Positions 58,504-64,000 of a stretch of 64,000 bases of DNA are shown here, one piece after another. The DNA lies in the IMG/VR virus record IMGVR_UViG_3300028840_008159. One strand, written 5' to 3'. Positions within the stretch are counted from its first letter, which is position 1. Every line of letters starts with the position of its first letter. The position numbers and the translations under genes are program-made. A model generated the notes under the pieces. That model was not told where the DNA came from, made no database searches, and saw nothing but the letters and a program-made list of their open reading frames with translations. This DNA is from an uncultured virus (IMG/VR IMGVR_UViG_3300028840_008159). Its lineage: Duplodnaviria; Heunggongvirae; Uroviricota; Caudoviricetes.

Positions 58504-58974
58504 TTACTCCTTGACGGGCCAGACGTAGGGGAGGGTCGGCGGTTCCGACCACCCGAACCTCCCGTACCAGGCCGGGTCCTTGCGCAGCAGGTTGCTCCGG
58601 TGGCTCGCGTGGAAGTCGGCGTTTCCGAGCCACGGCGGCGGTTCCAGGCCGAGGATCGTGATCCGCGCCCATGACGGCGAGAAGACGCTAGGCGCCAGGA
58701 TGACGTGAGCCAGCTCCCCTTCGATGAACACGCGCTGCTTCTCGTTCTTGTAGCCCCTGCCGACCCACTCGTCGATCATGGCCTTCATGTACACGGCCAG
58801 GGCGCCCTCGTGCCCGCGCCACATCCGGGCCGCCGGGTGGTTCGCCCAGCCCTTCCTGATCCCCTTGAGGGCCTCGATGAGCTGCCGCGCCTCGACGCGC
58901 TGCTTGCCCAGACGAAGACGGTCCAGGGCGCGGGCCGACGCGGCGAAGTCAGGGTATGGAAGGAACGTTTGCAA
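58504..58974 (-). CDS. pyrimidine-dimer DNA glycosylase / endonuclease V-like (MSMEG_6728 type)
   Basis: QTFLPYPDF..SA..LD..RLGKQRVEA...HPAARMWRG...HASHRSNLLRKD; TTG start after GGAGG. Confidence 0.85.
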   Translation of the reverse strand: MQTFLPYPDFAASARALDRLRLGKQRVEARQLIEALKGIRKGWANHPAARMWRGHEGALAVYMKAMIDEWVGRGYKNEKQRVFIEGELAHVILAPSVFSPSWARITILGLEPPPWLGNADFHASHRSNLLRKDPAWYGRFGWSEPPTLPYVWPVKE

Positions 58975-59033
58975 TGTCAGCCTCCACGTAAATGTTACCA
59001 CGTGTCTCGTGCCTGTCCAGCCGGGCCTTCGGG

Positions 59034-59741
59034 CTACCTGGCCGTGGCCGGGACCATCTGGTCCAGGCGGACGAAGTCGAAGTCCACGTCCTCGCCATCC
59101 AGGTCGAATTTTTTCATCCAGATGTCGATCATCTTCTCGGTCATCTCAAGCTCGCGGTGGTCGTGACAGCCATCGCACGCGAAAAGGGCGTAATCGTGGG
59201 GCGGACGCGGCGCGTACGGGTTCCCGACCGGGTGATCCTCCGTCCCCAAGAGCAGCGCGTCCATGACGAACCTGTTGTGGTTCGTCTCCTTTGGTTGGGG
59301 CACGCCGCAGACGTCGCATTTCCAGCGGGGGCCGAAGGCGTACTCGTACGTCCTGACGCGGACGACCAACGTCTGGCGTTCCACCGGGACGTAGCCCCGG
59401 AAGAGCCGCACGGCCTCGTCGAAGATGATGTCCGGGGAGTTGAACGTGACCGGGCCGAGCGGCCCTCGGACGAAGCCGCCCGGCCGCGACGACATCTTGT
59501 TGACGTCCTCGTGGATCTCGTAGGTCAGGGAGAACAGGCACGGCTGGATCGGCGACTCCAAGGTCCCGACGGTCATGATCTTGCCCGGACCCAACTTGCG
59601 CAAGCCGCGCATCTCTTCCCTGTGGGACGAGACGTAGCGAGCCGCCACCCCACGCTCCAGTAGTTGCTTGAGCATGTAGCGGAGGTAGTCCTCGGACTCG
59701 TTCGCGAGCTTTCCGATGATGTATGACTTGGATTCGCTCAT
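59034..59741 (-). CDS. hypothetical protein with CxxC pairs
   Basis: start MSESK by TGATG overlap. Confidence 0.65.
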   Translation of the reverse strand: MSESKSYIIGKLANESEDYLRYMLKQLLERGVAARYVSSHREEMRGLRKLGPGKIMTVGTLESPIQPCLFSLTYEIHEDVNKMSSRPGGFVRGPLGPVTFNSPDIIFDEAVRLFRGYVPVERQTLVVRVRTYEYAFGPRWKCDVCGVPQPKETNHNRFVMDALLLGTEDHPVGNPYAPRPPHDYALFACDGCHDHRELEMTEKMIDIWMKKFDLDGEDVDFDFVRLDQMVPATAR

Positions 59742-60112
59742 CAATGCCACCATAGGATGATCGGGGTGTCGGCGGGCAACGCCTTGACGAAGGCCATCGC
59801 GGCCTCGTTCCAAGGACTTCCCTTCCAATGCCCCGCCGCCTTCGCGAGGTCGCCAGCCTTGACGTAGAAGAGGGGGTCGCCGTAGGAGTCGGTCGTCGTC
59901 CGCTCGATCCCCTCGTCGCCGTACCAGTCGAAATGAACCTTCCGGGGGAGTCGCTTCGGTTTCAGCGGCGCGGCGAGCTTCTGGCCGTCCTCGTTGCGGT
60001 TCAAGATCATGTGCCCAAGACCATCGCGGTCCAGGCCGAGGCGTTCATGTCCTAGCCACCAATCCATGCCCTCGTGATGCCTGATCGGTACTAAGGTAAG
60101 GTCCAATCCCAT
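59741..60112 (-). CDS. phage protein (MGLDL...LWWH)
   Basis: element at 60138; GGAG RBS. Confidence 0.75.
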   Translation of the reverse strand: MGLDLTLVPIRHHEGMDWWLGHERLGLDRDGLGHMILNRNEDGQKLAAPLKPKRLPRKVHFDWYGDEGIERTTTDSYGDPLFYVKAGDLAKAAGHWKGSPWNEAAMAFVKALPADTPIILWWH

Positions 60113-60939
60113 GTCATGCTCCCTTCGGCGTTTCTGGCGGGCCTTCGGATCGCCTGGTGAATATGACGCAGACTCGCCTACTCTGGGTTTTCCTAGGACC
60201 CCGGTTTCGGCTGGGCTGGACCTCTCGGTCGGCCCTTCTCACCGCCCCGCCTGCTAGAAGGCAGATTGATGGTCAGCTCGCCTCGTCGATCTGCCTTTGC
60301 AGGTCAAGCGCGAACCGCTTGATGACCTCGGCCTTGGAATCGACGCCCCTGCCCGGGGGCCGCAGCATCTCGACGCAGGTCCCCTTTCCCTTGGCGGTCA
60401 GGACGACGAACGTCTCGCCCTCGAACTCCCGAACCCAGCAGTGGAAGTAGAACTCGCCCTTGAAGCTGAAGTCCATCTTGCCCCACAGCTTCTTGAACGA
60501 CTCGCGGTTGTCTCCCAGAATGCCGGGATCGCGCCAGCCCAAGTTCGTGGTCGAGAACCACCGGAAGAACTCCTGGCAGTTCAAGACGGGCACCGTGTTA
60601 AGCTCGCCCTTCCTGTACTTGACGCCCAATGGATGACTCATCAGTTGCTCCACAATCCGGGCTTGCGGACGGGCTGCTCTCGCTCGATGGCCGCGCCGTC
60701 CTTGACCTCGACGAAGTGACTCTTGACGTACTTCTCCTCGTCCTCGTCGTAGAAGTTCACGCGGAAGAACTGGCTCTTGCCGTTCTTGAACAGGTGGGCG
60801 ATGCTCCGGTCCATCCCGCGCCCTCGCGGGAACGCCTTGGCGACGACCTGACGCGCCTCCTCGACGCCCAAGTCCTTCACCTCGTCGGGCTTGACCTCGA
60901 CGCAATCGCATTCGGGTTTCGGGCAATCAACGCAGTTGC

Positions 60940-61326
60940 TCATCTCGCGCTCTCCTTGTTTGACAGTCCCTCGGCCTTGCCGAAAGCCCAGATCATCTGT
61001 TCCAGCACGGAAAACACCACTTGCGGCGGCATCCGGTTGTCCTTGGCCGCCACGAGGAAGGCGAGGACGATGGAGGCGATGCAGTCGCCCCCGAAGCTGA
61101 TGCCAGCTTGTCCGGGGACCAACGGCTGAAGCCCCGCGAAGCCGCAAGGACGCTTCGCTCCGGTCTCGAAGACGATCCACTCGTTCTCCCGACGCAGGAC
61201 CGTGAGCCCCTCCAACCGCTCCTCGTTGCATACCGAGTCGATGATCCCGCTGATGAACGTCTTCACGTCCTTCGACGAGAACGACTGCTTCATCAAGTCA
61301 TTCGTCTTTTCGAGTACGGAGTTCAT
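60940..61326 (-). CDS. hypothetical protein
   Basis: start MNSVLE 24 nt after element 61351. Confidence 0.7.
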   Translation of the reverse strand: MNSVLEKTNDLMKQSFSSKDVKTFISGIIDSVCNEERLEGLTVLRRENEWIVFETGAKRPCGFAGLQPLVPGQAGISFGGDCIASIVLAFLVAAKDNRMPPQVVFSVLEQMIWAFGKAEGLSNKESAR

Positions 61327-62099
61327 GCCTTCCCCTTTCGATCCAAGGGACGGGCCTTCGCCTCCCCTGGCCGATGGATCATCACGGAAGCCGCGATGCC
61401 TACAAGTATCCAGGTAGCGAATCCGGTGCAAGCCAGAAACTCGACGATGATGTGCCAGATCGTTTCCATGACCGATGGGACGGGCCTACGACGCGCCTGG
61501 CGCGCCAGGCACGCTCATTCGACCTCGATCAGCCAGAAGACGCCGGGGCGAAGAGGGTGTTGCTTGAACCAGAGGTTCTCCGCGGCCTCGTTCCCGTTGA
61601 TCACGTCCTTGGTGAGTTCATGGGCGGAAATGGGCTTGACGCGAAGGATCTTGCGCTTCTCGACGACGTGATCCTCGTCGGACTCCAGGTCGTGACGCTC
61701 GGCCATCTCGCCGATCTTGGCGACCTCGGCCTTCGCGTCCTCCGGCAGGTCGAGCCCCTCGTAGTCGTCGAAGCTCTTCATCCCAACAGCCTCCTTAACC
61801 AACCCCTAATCCTGAGCGTCAGGGGCGCGTGCTTCCGATGCTGCTCCTCGATCCAAAGCTCCTCCTCCTCCCGCTCCTTCGGCGTCGGTTCGGGCGGTTG
61901 GGGGCGCGTCCTCTTGTATGGGGCGTCTCGTCTGATCAGGCTCAAAACAGGAACCTCCGGCAAGCCCTCGCCACCCTCATGGTCGTTGACCAGACGAGCC
62001 ACGCGGCTCTGCCAACCCATACGGATAGAGCGAGATAGAGCAACAGAGTCAACAACATCGGATTGTCCCTCCAGACGCGAGCCTGGACGGGCCTTACGT

Positions 62100-62495
62100 T
62101 CACCTGGCCTCGCATATCTTGACGACCTCGATCCATTCGTCGTCGCTGACGATGACGCGTCTGGAACCGCTGCACATCTCCAATATGCCAGCGGCGTTAC
62201 GATGCTCACGATGACAAACCAGAACGGCGTCTTCCAGCCCCCGCCACGCCCCGTCAGGGGACTTGGCGACGTCGCCCTTGGCGAGGGCGTCACGCGCCTC
62301 CTGCATGGTAGGTCGGCGTATCGTAAGGAACGGGAAGGACTTGGACACCTCGACCCGCATGTGGAACAGGCTGTCGGCGTATGACCTGGCGAGCCGCTCC
62401 TTCCAGTCCTCGCGCCTTTTCTCGATGACGGCCAAGGCGGTCTGGCACGTCTCGCGCGCCCTGGCCACGGGTATGCAGGCGTATGAGGGCATCAT
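62100..62495 (-). CDS. hypothetical protein
   Basis: GGAGG RBS, ATGA overlap. Confidence 0.7.
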   Translation of the reverse strand: MMPSYACIPVARARETCQTALAVIEKRREDWKERLARSYADSLFHMRVEVSKSFPFLTIRRPTMQEARDALAKGDVAKSPDGAWRGLEDAVLVCHREHRNAAGILEMCSGSRRVIVSDDEWIEVVKICEAR

Positions 62496-62742
62496 TCCTC
62501 CTTTTTAGGAAGGCAGGCCATCCCGATGGCCCATGTCAGAAGTCCCAAGGAGACGATGATCATCGCTATCCCGTCGCAGATGGCCTCCTCCGCGCAGGAG
62601 GGGAGCCAGCCTTCGCCGCCGAAGAACTTGGTCTGTACGCCCGCGTAGGCGAAGCCGATGACGAGGATCAAGATCCCGTACCGTACCAAGTAACCTGGCC
62701 GTTGCATGTGTCCCTCCTCGCCCTCCTCGTCGGGCCTTGCGA

Positions 62743-63672
62743 TTACCTGGTCTTCTTGAGCTTCTGGACGAGCTTGCCGAGGTCCTTCAGCTTCTCGTCC
62801 TTGTCCTTCAGGAGGGACTCGTGGGGTAGTTTTTTCAGCGCGACGATGATCGTCTTCACGTCGCATCCAAGCACCTTGGCGAGCTTCATCCCAGTCACGA
62901 TGAACTCCGCGTACTCGCTCTTCTTGGGGCGCCTCCAGTAATGTTCGCAACTCTTGTCGGCGACGAGTCCTTTCCCGAAGAAGTTGATGAACTTGCCGAT
63001 GTCGCCGAACGCCTTCCTCAGTTCCACGGCCAGCTTCTCCGCCACGACCGTCACCTCGTTCAGCTTGACGGGCTTCTTGTACTTCTTGTTCGTCTTGTAG
63101 ACGGGCGTTGCGAAATGCCAGTAGAACTCCCCGACGCGGACGCCCTCCACGTCCTTGAACGACCTCGCCAGCGAGCGGTTGATCAGGAGCCGCTTGTGCC
63201 GCTTGACCTCCTCCATGACACGCCGCTTGCGCGACGCGGTGAGCCTGGCGTCCTCCTTGTCCTCGCCGAGGAGCAGGAACGGGGAGTTCAGCACGTAGGC
63301 CGACCCGTTGTAAAAGACGTGATGATAGAGGTCCGGCGCGGGTTGCGCCTTCGGGAACTTGCCCGCGATGTATTCGAGAACCTCGTCCAGGCTGTCCCCG
63401 GTGAACTCGACGTTCTTGGCCAGCGGCTCGTCGATGGGTCGCAGGTACACGTTGAAACGGGCCTTGATGATCGCGTTGCCGCTTCTGCGCTCGTCCTCGG
63501 AGTACGCCACCCACCGGGCGGGCTTCATGATGTCCAACCCGCACCTGCTCTCGTGCGGCTTCCCGACGACGTGCCATCCTGGGGCGGTGGCCTTGTCGCC
63601 AAGCTCCCTGTCCACGTCGGCGGCGTCGATCCCGATCCTTGCGCAGAAGTCCGCGATGCTCGTTCTTTCCAT
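62743..63672 (-). CDS. hypothetical protein
   Basis: 309 aa, GGAGG RBS, element at 63697. Confidence 0.8.
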   Translation of the reverse strand: MERTSIADFCARIGIDAADVDRELGDKATAPGWHVVGKPHESRCGLDIMKPARWVAYSEDERRSGNAIIKARFNVYLRPIDEPLAKNVEFTGDSLDEVLEYIAGKFPKAQPAPDLYHHVFYNGSAYVLNSPFLLLGEDKEDARLTASRKRRVMEEVKRHKRLLINRSLARSFKDVEGVRVGEFYWHFATPVYKTNKKYKKPVKLNEVTVVAEKLAVELRKAFGDIGKFINFFGKGLVADKSCEHYWRRPKKSEYAEFIVTGMKLAKVLGCDVKTIIVALKKLPHESLLKDKDEKLKDLGKLVQKLKKTR

Positions 63673-63717
63673 GTCAAGGTCCTCCCACCCATGGGGCGGG
63701 CCTCCGGTCTACCTGGC

Positions 63718-63761
63718 AAAAACCGGCGGGGGGCGGCCCTCGCCGCCCTCGAACCCGCCGG
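63718..63761 (-). terminator. intrinsic terminator immediately upstream of an element copy
   Basis: on - strand: CCGGCGGG..GGGCGG..CCGCCC-CCCGCCGG then TTTTT. Confidence 0.7.
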
Positions 63762-63775
63762 CACGAGCGATCTCC

Positions 63776-64000
63776 TTACTTGTAGGGCAACGCCTTGCTG
63801 CCGGGCAGCGTGACGCCGCGCATGAGCTTCATCAGCTCGTCGTCGCCGAGGTCCTTCAGCTTCTCCTTGGCGATGGCGGCTCGGACGGCCCGTTCCAGCG
63901 CGGGGATCTTGTTCTTCTCGGAGCGGTTGACGGCCATGTTGTCATGGACCTCCGTCGTCCTCGTCGCGTTACGCTCCAGAGCCTTGAGGGTATCGACGAC
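63776..64000 (-). CDS. partial hypothetical protein (3' end)
   Basis: open frame from the window edge to TAA at 63776-63778. Confidence 0.6.
   Translation of the reverse strand, partial: VVDTLKALERNATRTTEVHDNMAVNRSEKNKIPALERAVRAAIAKEKLKDLGDDELMKLMRGVTLPGSKALPYK

Larger units (their letters stand above)
5825..63716. repeat. dispersed oriented start-associated repeat family CCAGG-N5-CGAAGGCCCG (about 36 copies)
   Basis: leftmost coordinates; + copies: 5840, 6125, 8096, 9515, 24897, 25536, 27219, 27842, 28176; - copies: 5825, 33459, 35057, 36130, 36750, 39170, 42819, 42872, 46662, 47529, 49693, 50235, 50301, 50332, 51839, 53016, 54803, 55736, 56618, 57323, 59022, 60138, 61351, 61481, 62088, 62731, 63697. 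Confidence 0.95.

Noticed and set aside
5825..63716. Repeated element as a CRISPR repeat, integron attC or REP
   Set aside because: Copies are separated by whole genes of variable length, are asymmetric, and lack attC RYYYAAC/GTTRRRY ends; no cas or integrase gene in the window

Overview
This GC-rich window reads as the non-structural (early/accessory) arm of a large, probably jumbo, bacteriophage genome. It holds roughly 150 short, tightly packed, often ATGA-coupled genes in long co-directional blocks: mostly + from 1-31446, with - islands at about 3.7-5.8 kb and 14-21 kb, and - from 31443 to the end. I saw no capsid, tail, terminase, rRNA, tRNA or CRISPR array. Recognisable genes are a WGR-domain ATP-dependent DNA ligase, a second ligase-like adenylation domain, two MoxR/CobS-type AAA+ ATPases with two VWA (CobT-like) partners, a metallophosphoesterase, a pyrimidine-dimer glycosylase-like protein, two HNH-derived/HTH proteins and a DUF1281-like protein. 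The most unusual features are non-coding. (1) About 36 copies of a strand-oriented element CCAGG-N5-CGAAGGCCCG, mostly 21-31 nt upstream of start codons, often with a CGTGYC box one helical turn upstream. (2) The same CGTGYC/GRCACG box arrayed five times at an exact 20-bp period in a gene-poor, origin-like region at 23.1-24.9 kb. (3) Two gene leaders carrying exact 29-nt and 48-nt antisense copies of distant coding sequences and sharing a small scaffold. (4) A small HTH-like protein whose sequence recurs as the C-terminal domain of one AAA+ ATPase. All assignments were made by eye with no database searches, and many start codons were re-picked from RBS and overlap evidence.
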